Origin: Octopus sinensis
Taxonomy: Eukaryota
Assembly: GCF_006345805.1 (NCBI RefSeq)
Contig: NC_043016.1
Coordinates: forward strand, 19,220,001-19,284,000
Reading direction: 5' to 3'
Length of the DNA stretch: 64,000 nucleotides
This document shows, one piece after another, positions 13,181-27,120 of this stretch. Every line of letters begins with the position of its first letter. The stretch's first letter is position 1. Made by a program: the position numbers and the translations under genes. The notes under the pieces were generated by a model, which saw only the letters and a list, made by a program, of their open reading frames with translations, was not told the DNA's origin and searched no databases.

Positions 13181-13864
13181 CATATAAATGTACATATATA
13201 TACATGTGCATAAATATATTTGCACACACACACATACATATAAATATAACCGTATCATGCATACACATGCATATATGTATAAATCTATTAGCTCAAAACT
13301 TTTGTTCTCGCTGTATGCACATACACATACACAGAGAATATATACATCTATGTGTGTATATATATATATATATGCATGAGTATGTATGTACGTGTGCGTA
13401 TGCATACACGTTCATGTGTAGGATGTATGTACACACATTTTTTTTTTCAACACAGAAGAAAACAATAAGAACCATGAATGCAAGAAACAAGTCATATCAA
13501 AAAAGGGGGAAGAACAACAATTACATGAACATCAGCAACTAGAAAAATAAAAATAGAAACTGAAAGACGTAATCAACTTGCAGGAACATGAAGGAACCCC
13601 CGGAGTCAAACACATGAATTATACATAGAATATCTAGGCTGTATTTTCCAAATGTCTTTTGAAGTCTATTTGTATGTTTTTTTTCTTTACTTTGTTATTA
13701 TGTATATTGCAGTGCCAGTATCGTGTTTTATTAAGTGAACGCACGTATATTTCGTATTCATTGATAAAACTCGTATAATACTTCTTTATACATGTATACA
13801 TGCTCACTCATATATACATACTCTCTCTTTCTCTCGTTCTCTCTCCCTCTCATACACAGACAAC

Positions 13865-14033
<169 letters not shown>

Positions 14034-14249
14034 ATATACTTACCCCATCTGCATTCACATATATGTACTTCTTTATATACTTAAACTGATTAGCATTAGT
14101 TACTTTTGTAATTTAACTATAATACATATAATCTTAACCTAACACACTAACTTATGTTCATCTTTGTTTATCATTCTCTTGAGCCTTTTGTTGTCGATGT
14201 ATCGAGTTTCTTTTGACTAAATTATTTGAAGAAATAATAGAGTGTAATC

Positions 14250-14640
14250 TTAAAAAGTCGTCTTTCTCACTAGAAATTTATTGGCATGATCCTAGTATTC
14301 ACCAATTGTAGATATATCCACTGTTAAGTTGTCAGCATGATCAAGTAGTTCTTATGCTACATCTCATACTAATCAAGGCTAATTGGCCAGACATGTTTTT
14401 CAAGGATCACCGAGAAAATCATCTTACCAAATCGAAGCATTAGTTGCAACAGACAATGAAATATTTTTAATAAATAGAAAAAAAATTCCAGATGCAAAAA
14501 TCTAGAAGTAAAGATGATCAGAATGAGAGAAGTGGCACTAAAAACACTCCCTATAGTAATAGAAGTTTTGGAAATGATAAAACATGCAGATAAAACTTAA
14601 AACCCCCATGAGTTACAAATATATTTTCAACACAGAAAGT
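14250..14640 (+). mobile_element. Decayed R4/Dong-like endonuclease-region remnant
   Basis: EVKMIRMREVALKTLPIVIEVLEMIK resembles EIEISRMWxLKTxTIPIVIGALGMIK. Confidence 0.45.
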
Positions 14641-14824
14641 TGCGTTGCTAGGTACCATTCACAAAATATGTAAAGTACTGACATTACTATAGAAAATACA
14701 AATCAAAACAAAATAATGTGCATGCTTAGAAACTTCAGAGCTGCACTTTGGAGAGCACGGGAAAACGCGTAAAAAGTATTGGTATGACTAATGGGCGTCA
14801 GTGTTAATATTTTATTTCACAATG

Positions 14825-15810
14825 AAAAAAATTAGCAATGATTCAATCTGTCAAATACTTTGGGTTAATCCAAATTGACCAACATCTACCAAACTCAGAT
14901 CTGTTCTTGACACTTGCTACATGACGTGTTGGCTGTCATGAATAGATCTGCCGACGATCGCACAGGTTTGCTCGTCTCTAACGATACTACTAATGACAAG
15001 CACCATTTTCTTGACGATCAACTTTTCCAAACCTTTAAAATCTGTATTGAGCAGGGATATGAATTGAAAATTTTCTGTCACGTTCCCTTTGCCTAGACCC
15101 TTCCTTAACAGTGTTACCACTCTCCGATTCACTCAGCTGAAAATGTTCCCAGTTTCTTGTCAGCTGCAGTACACAGTTGCCGAGATAGGAGTGAACTAAA
15201 TTGGCATGTGGAAATGGGGCTCACTTGGTAGTGATTTGTGCCCTGATATACTAACCCAGTCGGTTAGTATATCTGCTTCCGAGGAATGTCGAACTTGCAA
15301 TAGCGGGCTTTGATGCCTACCTTGAAGATTGTCAGCGCCTACCAAACAAGCAGACTGAGTGCTGTAAAAAGCAGATTTCAGTTGATAAAAATGGCAAGTG
15401 TGTTAAGCCGATGAATGGGACTCAGTTTTACGTCTAGGCATTTTTGAAATAGTACTGGTCGAAATAACCGATCGAAGGAGTCGAAGCGATTGTGTTTCGG
15501 ATACTCAGATTACGCTAACAGCTACTGCACCTAGATGTAGTGACTTGAGATCGCTGAGCTGGTGTCCATGATTCCATACCCTCCTCAGATCACAAGCATT
15601 TTAAAAACGAAGAGTCGGTTACATACCCTGGTATTTTATGGGCTTTTGTACGGGTCCTCAAGAATCCTTCAGTCATATAAACTTTTAAAACATCCCGAAC
15701 CATTTGGAGAATGCTTTCACAAAATGCGGTACATCGCTGATGTAGTTCTTAATAGAACGCCACTCGACGAGTTTTGGACTGACCGCACCAAGACACGGCT
15801 TCTTAAAACT
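14825..15810 (-). mobile_element. Tx1/L1-clade LINE ORF2 remnant (end of APE domain to RT domain 3)
   Basis: RRVVTLLRKGLGKGNVTENFQFISLLNTDFKGLEKLIVKKMVLVISSIVRDEQTCAIVGRSIHD followed by VNLD*PKVFDRLNH, the canonical L1/Tx1 RT N-terminal motifs. Confidence 0.8.
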
Positions 15811-17026
15811 TGACTTAGTTGTACCGTCTCTTGTCATCTCGATTGCTATTTATTATGCTATTTTTGCTGTTGGCCGCGTGGATTTTCTTGTTTCTGTTGT
15901 TGGTGTTGCTGTTGTTGGTTTCTATTGTGGTTAAGATTGTTGTTATTGTGGTTGTTATTGCTGTGACTATTGTTAATATTGCTGATGTGATTGTTGGCAT
16001 GTAACCTGGCTTAAGTGATTAAACGCACTTTTCTGGAGATGTTAAGCTTAGTATTTCCACGCTTTTGGGAATTAGTGGTGGTGGGTCAATTCAGTATTTT
16101 CATTTCATTTCTTTTTGAGGGTTGTTCGACTATAAGACTTTTGGACACTTTTGTGCAATATTTCATGTATCTTGTAGCTACTTCCAAATCAGAGGGCTCG
16201 ATTGGGCTTGGGCTGGACATGTGTACGTAATTCATTGATGTCACGGTTGTTGGGGGAAGTGGTGGGGAATTCTTTCCGCATTCTGTAACAAGGGAAATAC
16301 TTTGCAATAACAATTTCTTTTCATTGCCACAGGATCGTCAGATAAATGGGGCATTACAAAAACCGGTTACGATTTGTTTAGGAGTGTACATAAAATCGGG
16401 TGAGTGGATCAAAAAGTAGGAAAAAATAAAAGTGTAAGTATCCATAATATACAATATACTAGTGGGACCCGTGGAAATTCCACAGACTGAAAAACATTAA
16501 GAAAAGCTATTTAAGAAAGTAGGATCATTTGCACTTTTATAATTATTTTGCTAAGTATTTCACTTCCAGTCACAATAATACATTATATTTTAAAATTTCA
16601 GTCTACCAAGTACTCTATATCTTTCTTTTTCTCTCTACCTCTTCAACAAACATTTTAACTATGTAATTTCCGTCTTCATGTCTTTAACATGTCTCTTTCT
16701 CTTCACCTCTCATTTCCACTAACTCTCGCTCTCTTAATGTAACTGCCTCCCCTGCCCATCTCTCTTTATCTGCCTTTCATTAACCTCACTACCAGAACAT
16801 CACCCTCTGCTAAATATTGTATCCTAAACATGTTTCTTTCTCTTTACCTTTCCCTCCCCACCCTACAGCATGACGTTAACACTTCTCTCACCCTCTTTTC
16901 TGTCACTGTCTTTTTCTCTCGTTCTTCGTCTCTCCCTTCAACTAACAACGTGACGCATTTGACCTTCTAAAACCTTTTTCTCTACTTTTTCCTCACTTCT
17001 TTCCTCTCTACTCATACTCCTCATCC

Positions 17027-17058
<32 letters not shown>

Positions 17059-17422
17059 TTTTAGTCTACCTCTATCTTTCTAACTAACTAAAATATAACG
17101 GGCGAACGAACAAGCAGATTATTATTATTTCTAAAATAAAACAGCTGCTAAGGTAAATCAAGGATTCAACCTGATTCAAAATCACCCTAACGTTCAAAGG
17201 CAGAGCTCTGCAGCGACGTGACGTATTAAATGCTCAGATTAGATCCTTACTACTACTACTACTACTACTACTAACTTCCTTGCATAGGCTCACGTTAAGA
17301 AATATGGAGGGAGAACATAGTCAATTAAATCGAGTATATGACTGGGATTCAATTTTATTGACAGTGAAGGGAACAATGATGATGATGTTGATGATGATGG
17401 TGAAAGAATTTATGAATATATG

Positions 17423-17424
<2 letters not shown>

Positions 17425-17470
<46 letters not shown>
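17425..17470. repeat. (GA)n microsatellite
   Basis: Direct reading. Confidence 0.95.
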
Positions 17471-17474
<4 letters not shown>

Positions 17475-17999
17475 GAGAGGGGAGGGAGATGGAGAGAGGG
17501 GGTAAGATAGTGAGTGGGAGAGAGTAATATGCTGGTTTTTAGGGAGGAAAGAAGAAGCATATTATATGAAGACATATTGTATTTACACTTACGTGTCTCT
17601 GATCGAATTAGAGAGTAAGATAGTAGGAACTATATGCGTGTGTTGTGTGTGTGTGTATATGTGTATGTACATTTACACGTATATACACATGTATGTATAT
17701 GTGTGTGTGCGTGTGTATATGTGTGTGTATAGGAAGAGAAAACGGAATAAAGAGAAAACGGAATAAAGAGAGACGCAGAATGATATGGAATGCAGTCAAA
17801 TCTACGGCCGGAATATGCGGGCTGTTGTCAAGAAGTGAATTTCTTGGGTTTATGGATTTTAATTTATGGATTGTAGATTCTCATTGTGGATTGCCCCCAG
17901 CTATTCCAAGTCTCTCATTATGCGCTGGGAGGCGAAACCCTATCGATTCAATCAATCCCTCGACAGTCTATTCATTAGAGAAGGAAAATAGATCATATT

Positions 18000-18000
18000 C

Positions 18001-18070
<70 letters not shown>

Positions 18071-18234
18071 TTACACACACACACATACACACACATACAC
18101 ACACATACACACACATATATAACATATATACATACATACTTATGTATATGTACATATGTGGATATATCAATCTGTCTGTCTGTCTATCTATCTGTCTACC
18201 TACCTACCTACCTACCTACCAACCTGCGTGCCTA

Positions 18235-18313
<79 letters not shown>

Positions 18314-18385
18314 CTATCTCTCTCTCTCACTCTCTCTATATATATATCTATATATATCTATCTATATATATATACATACACACAT
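18000..18385. repeat. Compound TA/GT/CA/CTAC/CTGT/CTAT microsatellite
   Basis: Direct reading. Confidence 0.9.
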
Positions 18386-19049
18386 GTATAGTAAGGGAGA
18401 CAAATTGAAGGACAGAAAGAAAGAGAGGGAGGGTGAGAGAAGAGTGAGGGAGGAAGATGAGAACGGCAGAAAAGTGAGAGAGGGAAAAGGGAGAGAGAGA
18501 GGGAGAGAAAGAAAGAGTGAGGGAGAGAGCCTTCGTTTGTGTGTGTTAGTGTATGCATGTGTGTGTGTATGTGTACATGCGTATATATGTGCGCGCGCAT
18601 CCACGAGCGAAAGAAGTTGACTCAGATGAAGAAATCACTGAAGATGCACGATATGGAAATTTTTGTTTGTTTGTGTGTGTGTGTGGCGGATGAGTTAGTT
18701 TCATGCTTTGGAATTTGCGTAATGGATGTGACTTTACACACGTGGTGTGTGTGTGTATATATACATATATATATGTGTGTGTGTGTATGTGTGTGTGTGT
18801 GTGTATGTGTGTGTGTGTGTGTGTATGTGTGTGTGTGTCTGTATGTGTGCATGAATATTTATTTAAACTTTTATAGAGATAAAGCTAACAGGGACTTCGA
18901 ATTTCTGATTACATGTCTTCATCAGACTGTAATTACTTTTGTTGTTTTTAGTTTTATATAATCTTCGGCAGATTGTTTTTGATCAGTGTTTCAACTTGAA
19001 TGATAATTGCGTGTGGTATGGATAGATGAGGGAGGGTTGATCAGGGACA

Positions 19050-19115
<66 letters not shown>

Positions 19116-19130
19116 GCTAGCTAGCTAGCC
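19050..19130. repeat. (CTAT)n-(CTAG)n microsatellite
   Basis: Direct reading. Confidence 0.95.
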
Positions 19131-19256
19131 CTGTATGGCTAATAAAGAAACATATCTATCTATCTACCTATCTGCCTTGGTTTTGATTTTTTCCTATAAT
19201 ATGTGTGTAAATATATATATATATACACATACACACACACACACATTATAGAAAAA

Positions 19257-19487
19257 GGCGGCGAGCTGGCAGAAACGTTAGCACGCCGGGCGCAATGCGT
19301 AGCCGTATTTCGTCTGCCGTTACGTTCTGAGTTCAAATTCTGCCGAGGTCGACTTTGCCATTCATCCTTTCAGGGTCGATAAATTAAGTACCAGTTACGC
19401 ACTGGGGTCGATATGATCGACCTAATCCGTATTTTTGTCCTTGTTTGTCCCCTCTGTGTTCAGCCCCTTGTGGGTAGTAAAGAAATA
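19257..19487 (+). mobile_element. Full-length tRNA-derived SINE, family A
   Basis: Head ggcggcgagctggcagaaacgttagcacgccgggcg, B-box gagttcaaattc, body ctttgcc..tcatcctttc.ggggtcgataaattaagtaccag, tail tgggtagtaaagaaata; multiple homologues in the window. Confidence 0.9.
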
Positions 19488-19559
19488 TATATATATATAT
19501 ATATATATATTGTCTTTTGATAAAAGTTTTGTTTTTGTATTTATATTGGGTTATGGTAG

Positions 19560-21420
19560 GAGAAAAGGTTGGAGAAATTTATAGGGTAGAAAATGTCTTA
19601 GAGGTTTGAAAAGCTTGTGTTTTCAGAAATAAATTAACTTACAGTTGTGGTTCAATATTTGGGTCTCCAAATAAAGAATTTCATAGGAGTCAGCTGAACA
19701 AAGTTGTCAAGTTTTATTGCTTACTTGGTATCATTGTGTATGGGAAAATAACTTCTAATTAATGCTTAACAGTATATTTTTAAACTTTAGCGTCCAAATA
19801 TGTTTAGATAGTGTGGTGTCACTTTCCTGTTCGGATTGAAAATGGGATGCGCGTGTTGATTGTGCAATCTTTTGACCTGATTTGTTATCGCCTCTATGTA
19901 TGTGGCGGTGGTTAATTAGTGATTACAGTAGCACAATACATTATTATAAAGTAATTTTCATTTAAAGATCAGAGTGAATTGGTGTTGCAGTTGCAATTAG
20001 TAGAGTTGAGGTCGTGTTTTGGCTTTCATATTTTGAAACTTTTTGATAATAATAGACTATAATTGTTAGTCGTGGAGCATTATACTATATTGTGTTTATT
20101 GGTCTGTGATACTTGCGATTTGGATGGAAGTCTTTTTGAAGTAATTTGAAGAATATCTAGCTATTTGTGTAAAGACATTTGTTGCAGAATGGACTTTTCC
20201 TATTTTTGTGCTTTTTTTTATTGTGGGTGTGGTATTGAAATGGATTGCTCCCCTATAACTGTTTGTTATGTGGAGTTGAATATTGATTCATTAGAAGATA
20301 AAGAAGAGTTTTAGCGACATGTTCTTGATTAGGTTGTTAAATATACAATACTTGGGGGATGGTCTGAGTGGTTATTTGGATGTTTTACTTTGCCATTTTA
20401 TAGAGTATATGAATGGAAGTATCTAAGTCTTGGTCGAGATCGATAAAGTTAGCTAATTTAAGATGAGTAGTTACAGCTATGGTAAATTCTAGGTTTCTGA
20501 AGAACAGATGTAATTCTTTTATAAGTTTGCCGTTTTTTTTTGTGTATTGAAACTTCTTAGCAAGAGTAAACCATAGTCTCTGTAGATTCAATGTGAAACA
20601 ATGGTGGATATTTCGTGTATGCTACTAATATATATGTGCCAAGATGTCACTTCTGCTGAGATCTTTGGTCCTATACTAATACCAAATGGTTCTTTAACGT
20701 CTTTCTTGTCCCAGTATGCATCGTTGTGTAACAGAAGGAATTTCATAGATTGTAGTAATATTTCTAGTTGAGCATCTTTAATTGTTTTTATTGATTCAAA
20801 GTAGTTGTTTTAATATTGTAGTTTTATAGTCTTTGATGTTAAGCTGGCAGAAATGGCACTTATTTCTATTTAGGCTAAAACAAACCAATCAAATACTGCA
20901 TACGTGTTACTCCAGAGGGGTAAATTTGAACGTGCTTAAATTATTGGTGTGAATGCGTCGAGAATTTTCTTGCTAATGATACCTAAGTCCAATTTAGAAG
21001 TCTATTAGTCTGACGGATAGGTTATTACTGAAATGGGTCTGTGATCATTCATAGTAATCTATGAAGATTCGAGTGTTAAGATATCTATACTATCCTTCAC
21101 TTTGAGGGTGGTCGCTATGCCTTGACTGCTATGTTTATGTGATTATTATAAGGTGTACATGATTCTTTTTTTTTTATATGTGTTAAATCTTATGTTAGAA
21201 AGGAAACGATTTTAAGAGGCTTGACATAACTGCTGTAGCCAGTTTTCTGCTTTGGTTTATTCTGCAGTGCGTTTCTTAGCTTGTTAAACATTTTCTTTAT
21301 GATTGCGAATAGTTCATCTTGAAAGGCTGCTGTAATGGAAAAGATGGCGGATTGTCATGAATTCGTTTTAGTCAGCGGGATTTTCATCATGCTTGTCTTT
21401 TCTGTATTGGTAAACTTTCC
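19560..21420 (-). mobile_element. Long decayed Naiad-like Penelope element (RT and GIY-YIG)
   Basis: Minus-strand fragments in the expected order: LGIISKKILD, LWSNTYAVFDWF, LLLHNDAYWDKKD, FGISIGPKISAEV, KLANFIDLDQDL, NCNC, SDTTLSKHIWTLK, QLC. Many stops and frameshifts. Confidence 0.75.
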
Positions 21421-21641
21421 ATCTTAGGCTCGTGCAACTTTTGGTTTTTTTCACTAGTATTTTTAGGTACATGGCAGTTGGTAGCTTCTTGGTTGTTATT
21501 ACTTGAAAAGTGTATACGTTGTTGGTTCAGCTTTTCTTATTTTCATTTAATGTTAAAAAAAGCATTCATGTTGAAACGGAACAATTGTGTTAATGTTTAT
21601 CAAAAACATCCCACCAAAGACCAAATGAAACCAACCGAATG

Positions 21642-21713
<72 letters not shown>

Positions 21714-21715
<2 letters not shown>

Positions 21716-22075
21716 AGCAACAAGGATATCCAGAGGTAATGCAGTACGATCGTTTCATGCGACTCCATTTAATTGAATAATGTAAACATTGCATCAATTT
21801 AAAATGTAGAGAATAAGTCCTTCGAATTTAATTAAATTCTATATTTTTATGCAGCTGAAGATTAGTCTACATTTTAAATTGATGTAATGTTTACATTGTT
21901 TTAATTAAATGGAGTCGCATGAAACGATCGTACTGCATCACCTCTGGATATCCTTGTTGCTTATTTTGATTATAATCACCCCATTTTTAATTATATGGAT
22001 AATACCATACTAAATTCTGGTGCCTTTAACTTAAGTACCATATTCATCTGAATCTAAATTTTACTGAACTTATAT
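21714..22075 (+). mobile_element. PLE pLTR fold-back unit 2 (related to unit 1)
   Basis: ~97-bp inverted arms 21714-21810 and 21866-21963 (a few mismatches, 1 indel); shares taagcaacaag and a ~115-bp terminal segment with unit 1. Confidence 0.75.
21849..21938 (+). ncRNA. Type-I hammerhead-like ribozyme motif
   Basis: atgcag-CTGAAGA(21855-61)-t...t-GAAAC(21921-5)-GATC-GTA-ctgcat: perfect 6-bp stem I and palindromic stem III ACGATCGT; stem II only partly paired. Confidence 0.65.
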
Positions 22076-22376
22076 ATATATATATATAAGGGTAAGATCC
22101 AGGGATCCAAGTGTAGAAAGATTGTAAGCCTTAAGCAGTACGTGGCAGATATAGAAAACAAAAAGTGTACACTCAGGAGCAATAACAATTTATTCCTTTT
22201 TCTCTCAGATCGAAGTCATGAGGAAATTCGATAATCTGAAGATTTCTGTATAGCTCACGGTTAGCAGCTAGAGTTGAGGGAGTAGGGGTAAAATCCATGC
22301 TACATATGTCTTTTAGTTAGGTGACCCTCTTATATAATAATTACACAACGAGGCGTATTCAACTTAGCTAATAATA

Positions 22377-22715
22377 GGCGCAGGCGTGGCTGTGTGGTAA
22401 GAAGTTTGCTTCTCAGTCACATGGTTTCGGGTTCAGTCCCACTGCGTGGCACCTTGGGCAAGTGTCTTCTGGTATAGCCTTGGGCCGACCAAAGCCTTGA
22501 AGACGGAAACTGAAAAAGCCCATCGTATATCTGTCTATCTACATATCTATTTTTTCGTGTCTCTGTTTATCACCCACCATCACTTGGCAATCGGTGTTAG
22601 TGTGTTTACGTCCTTTTATCTTAGCGGTTCGCCTAATTAAAGAGACCAATAAGTGCCAGGATTTACTAGAAAAATAATAAATACTGGGATCGATTCGTTC
22701 GATTAAATAAAAGAC
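22377..22715 (+). mobile_element. SINE family B (tRNA head with CORE-like ctgcgtggcaccttgggcaagtgtctt)
   Basis: Head ggcgcaggcgtggctgtgtggtaagaag...gggttcagtccc; homologous to the copies at 31237 and 57193. Confidence 0.85.
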
Positions 22716-23734
22716 TAATTTAAAAAACAATTGAAATAGATCTGGCTCGCGGGCCATATATTTGACACTTTTGTCCTGTGTGATTCCTCGACTTACTAAA
22801 AATTTCTATCAAATCATCCCCAACTCTCATATCACAGTATTTTGGAAAAGAAAGAAAATACAATGCACACTGTATAATGTAGATCAGTGTTTCCCAACCT
22901 ATTTTCCCCCAGGCTCCATTATAACTTTCCAGAAAAATGTATGCCCCACCAGTGGTTGGAAAGAAACAATTTATTTTTTAATATTTTATCACAATTATTT
23001 AAAATAAAAGAATTTACCAACGACACTTTTATTAAATACTGAATAAAAAGAATACGATATTCACAATTCCATGCCCCACTAAAGCAAAAAATGTGGATCT
23101 TATCACAATTTTCTCACACCCCATAGGTGAGGCGCCCGCCTCTAAAAAAAAAGAGTTGATTATCATCGGAATACCATTTCGTCATGCCAAATCTACTCAG
23201 CCAGAGTTGAACTTGGGCCATAATAAGGTTTTTTATTTTTAAAATTTTCGCTTCTTTGTGTTTCTTTCATTTTATTTTATTTTATACTTTCTTCGATCGT
23301 TGTACAGATTATGTCTTTCTGAAGTAGTTGAATCATGTATTGTTTGTTTACTATCTTTCCTTGTAGTCATCCTTTTGTTTATTTCAGTTTCTTCAAAATT
23401 CTGTAAGCATTTAGCTTTAATTCTCAGTATGTACAAAAACAATCTCACCAGTCCATTGATAGGTTCTAATCACTCCTGTGTAATCGACCGCATGACAAAC
23501 AGTCTTTAGCTGAGGCAGAAACTCTTCCTTTTTATAATAATTATGATTTTTTCAATTTTGAGGGAAGTGGTAAGCCGATTACATTGGCCGCAGTAGGTGA
23601 TTGGTACATTATCTTATCGATCCCCAAAGGATGTGAAGCAGAGTTGACTTAGGTTGGGTGATCGTAATTTGCATAGGCCGTAAGTTAGGGAGTAATATAA
23701 ATATATACGATAAGTTTTCGTATAATTTCTTTTT

Positions 23735-23850
23735 ACCAAATCTCACTCAAAAGGAATCGGTCAACCCAAAGCTACTATAGAAAAATTTTGACTAAAGTGC
23801 CACGGAGTGGGATTGAAACTGGAACAACTCGATTGCGAAGTGAACTTCTT
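23735..23850 (-). mobile_element. Degenerate SINE family B head
   Basis: Reverse complement of the ...ttcaatcccactccgtggcac...ctatagtagc motif. Confidence 0.5.
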
Positions 23851-24001
23851 AAATACAGGTCATGCATACGTATGTATATGTATATGATTAGAATTTCGAA
23901 TGTGTTCAGAATTTCGAATTACTATGTATCTGATATAGTTGATTAAAAATTTGTATACAGGTATATCTCTAGTAAAGTGAATCATATATAATAACATATT
24001 T

Positions 24002-24545
24002 ATTGGTTTCAAATTTTAGCAAAGGGCCAACAATTTTAGGGGAGGGGTAAGTCGGTTAAATCAGCACCAATATACAACTGGTACTTATTTTGTCGACCTC
24101 GAAGAGATGAAAGGCAACGTTCCCGGAATATGAACTCCGAACTTAAAGAAATACCTATTTCTTTACTATCCACAAGGACAAACAAACGGATTAAGTCGAT
24201 TATATCGACCCCAGTGCGTAACTGGTCCTTAATTTATCGACCCCGAAAGGATGAAAGGCAAAGTCGACCTCGGCGGAATTTGAACTCAGAACATAGCAGC
24301 AGACGAAATACCTATTTCTTTACTACCCACAAGAGGCTAAACACAGAGAGGACAAACAAGGACAGACAAACGGGTTAAGTCGATTACATCGACCCCAATG
24401 CGTAACTGGTACTTAATTTATCGACCCCGAAAGGATGAATGGTAAAGTCGACCTCGGCGGAATTTGAACCCAGAGCGTAGCGGCAGACGAAATACCGCTA
24501 AACATTTTGCCCGGCGTGCTAACGATTCTACCTGCTCGCCGCCTT
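24002..24545 (-). mobile_element. Head-to-tail trimer of SINE family A (one headed unit, two headless units)
   Basis: The junction gaaatacc|tatttctttact occurs at both 24148-24161 and 24305-24318; only one head, at 24545. Confidence 0.85.
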
Positions 24546-26736
24546 ATAAACAACATAATTATTAAAATAAAGGACTAAAGACAATCAGTTGCTTTTCAGA
24601 CTTTTGCATTGCTTTTGTTATCACCTGCAATATCCCTGTATATTTTTCCACTGCATTTAATTTTAGAAGACAAAAAATATTTTACTTCTAAATAACTGCC
24701 AATAGTTCTGAAATTACAAATTTAGTATCATGCAAAGTAAATCAGCTTGATCTCAAATGCTGAAGACGTTTACTTTACAAAAATGCGTTCGCAACAAGTT
24801 AGATGAACTTCCATCATTGATACTTTCAAATTGATAGAAGTAGTTTACTCCACCACAAATACCAATTTGATATCTTTACCGTTCTTAATCTAAACTATTA
24901 CAGGAACTTTAATCCTTCTGCATCGTAACGGTAACAGTGCTATTATATAATTGCGGCATCGAAATGTTACTCTATGGTAACACTGTTGCAGTGGACAGTA
25001 CACATTGGTGACATTTTAACAAGAAGCACACTACTATGTAAGGATATTTACACGCCCATCTATTATATACTCCAGCTGCATTAGTCACACCACACCGTAA
25101 CAGTAAATACACTATGCTTAAAAAAAAAACTTTCCCCAGTACACACTAAAAAAGAACTACAAACATGTAATCAAATCAGTACAAAAGAACAAAACTACTT
25201 GGTTTTCACTCTCATTCTCTCTCTCAATCTATTAGCGTCTGAAATTAAAAACAAAAACAGCAACAATGACAACAGCAAAAAAAAACAAAACGGCAAAGCA
25301 ACAAAAAATAATATATATAATTCTTAATAAGCAGTGGAACTACCAAAACAAAATCCACCCCACACTATAACCACCACAATGAATGCCACCTCACACTACC
25401 GCCACTATTACCAACGCACTCATTAAGAAAATCAAGAGCAACAGCAAACAAAACAGATAAACAACAACAATAAAAAAAAAACCAATAAAAATACCTGCAC
25501 ACGTAATTAGCAGTAAATAGAAACTGATTGTAAATATTCGGTGTCGAAAAATTAATAAAGAATAATTGCTAAACGACGTATTTGGATACTGAAAATCTGT
25601 TTAAGCTTATTAGAAGAACACTTGAGAAATTTCTAGAGAACTTAGCTATAACAACAACGTCTAATTTAAAGTGGCACTTACTTTAAACTCAGCTTTACTT
25701 TTCTTCTTATTTTACTTTGTAAACTATTGGCAACAGATGATAGCAGTAGACCAAAGTATTTTAGTTTCATTTGATTTTTCTATTGAATTTGTCGTGTAAT
25801 TCAATTAAGCGACAAAACGGCCGAAAGTATAGACTTAACTGTAAGGTATCACATGACCTCGTGAGTTCGAATCTCCTTTGTTTATGATGCAAGCCGCTGA
25901 AATTGATACAGATGGTCACTTTTCATGAAGAATGTACTAATGATTGACTAGCCTAATTTTTTTTTTTAAACTTGATATTGCGATTTGGAAAACAACAATA
26001 ATGTTGGTTACAGAATTCAAATGTATCAGGCACAGATTGTTTATATTTTTGTAAGTCAGAAAACAAAAGAGTTGGGAATCATTACAGCTATTTCAGATGT
26101 GTTTTTATTGACGAACAAATCAATTACATCACGGAAAATCGAGAAAAATAAAAAAAAAAGAACGCTTTCTTCAGGTGATTAAAAATTTAAATCCAAAATT
26201 TTAACATTTAGTATTTGGTTCATAACGAATATATTTTTTAGATCGTCACCAAAATGATTGAATAAAAAATATATATTCGTTACGTGCCAAATACAAAATG
26301 ATAAATTTTGGATTTAAATATTTATTCACCCGAAGAAAACGGTATTTTTCATGTTGTGATTGATTTGTTCAACCATTAAAAAAACAAACAAAACGAGTCA
26401 GAAACAGTTGCAGTGAATCTCAACGCATTTGTGTTCTTACTTATTTACACTATACCGAGAACCTTCTCTGCTTTGGATCTGGAACTTAAAGTGGACCGTG
26501 AAACTGCGTACTGGAGTACGTCTGTATGCGATTTTGCGTGTACATGTATATCTATGTATCAGTATATTGATCTGTTTATATGCATGCATATGTAATTGGT
26601 ATGACATGTCCGTATACATGCATTAATATATGCGTGTCTACATATATTGTTAATAGAAGGATATGCTATTCTCGACCCTAACTTGGTGTCCTTATTAAAA
26701 TACCTCGATTCAACTGGATCCTGCTAATAATTAATT

Positions 26737-27120
26737 ATATACGAAGCTGAAGTTACAGTCACACTCCAAGACAAATCAATTGAAAAGAATTACATCGGCT
26801 TAAGCGAGGGCGAAATCAAGACACGTCATGCAAACCATCTATTTTCTTCCCGGCACATCAATAAAAGTAATGCAACTAAGTTGGCTAAGCATGTATGGAA
26901 TAGCTCTACACCACATACAGTTCAGAGGAGAATAATGAGGAAATCCAAGCTATATTTTAATAGATTTAAGAAATGCAACTTATGTGTAGCAGAACGATCT
27001 CATATTCTTCTTCGGTCTAACAATTCCAACGCACTGTTTAATTCTAGATATGAAATTTTTTGCAGGTGTAGACACATGGACAGGCTTCTTTTATCAAACT
27101 GGAGGGTACCACCCGCCTAG
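26737..27120 (+). mobile_element. Naiad-like Penelope GIY-YIG endonuclease remnant
   Basis: IIYEAEVTV...NYIGLSEGEIKTRHANH...NATKLAKHVW...KCNLCVAERSHIL...LFNSRYEIFCRCRH, essentially in frame. Confidence 0.85.

Noticed and set aside
15815-16330. Possible minus-strand exon (acceptor ttcccttgttacag) or fifth Naiad remnant
   Set aside because: All frames stop within about 65 codons, the distal part is (AAC)-type low complexity, and similarity to the Naiad linker is too weak to call.
17645-18391. 248-aa ORF, the longest in the track
   Set aside because: Mostly microsatellite; the unique middle part resembles no protein I recognise and lacks clear splice context.
22884-22975. hAT-like MITE (cagtgtttcccaacc...ggttggaaa)
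   Set aside because: The right TIR is incomplete and there is no 8-bp TSD.
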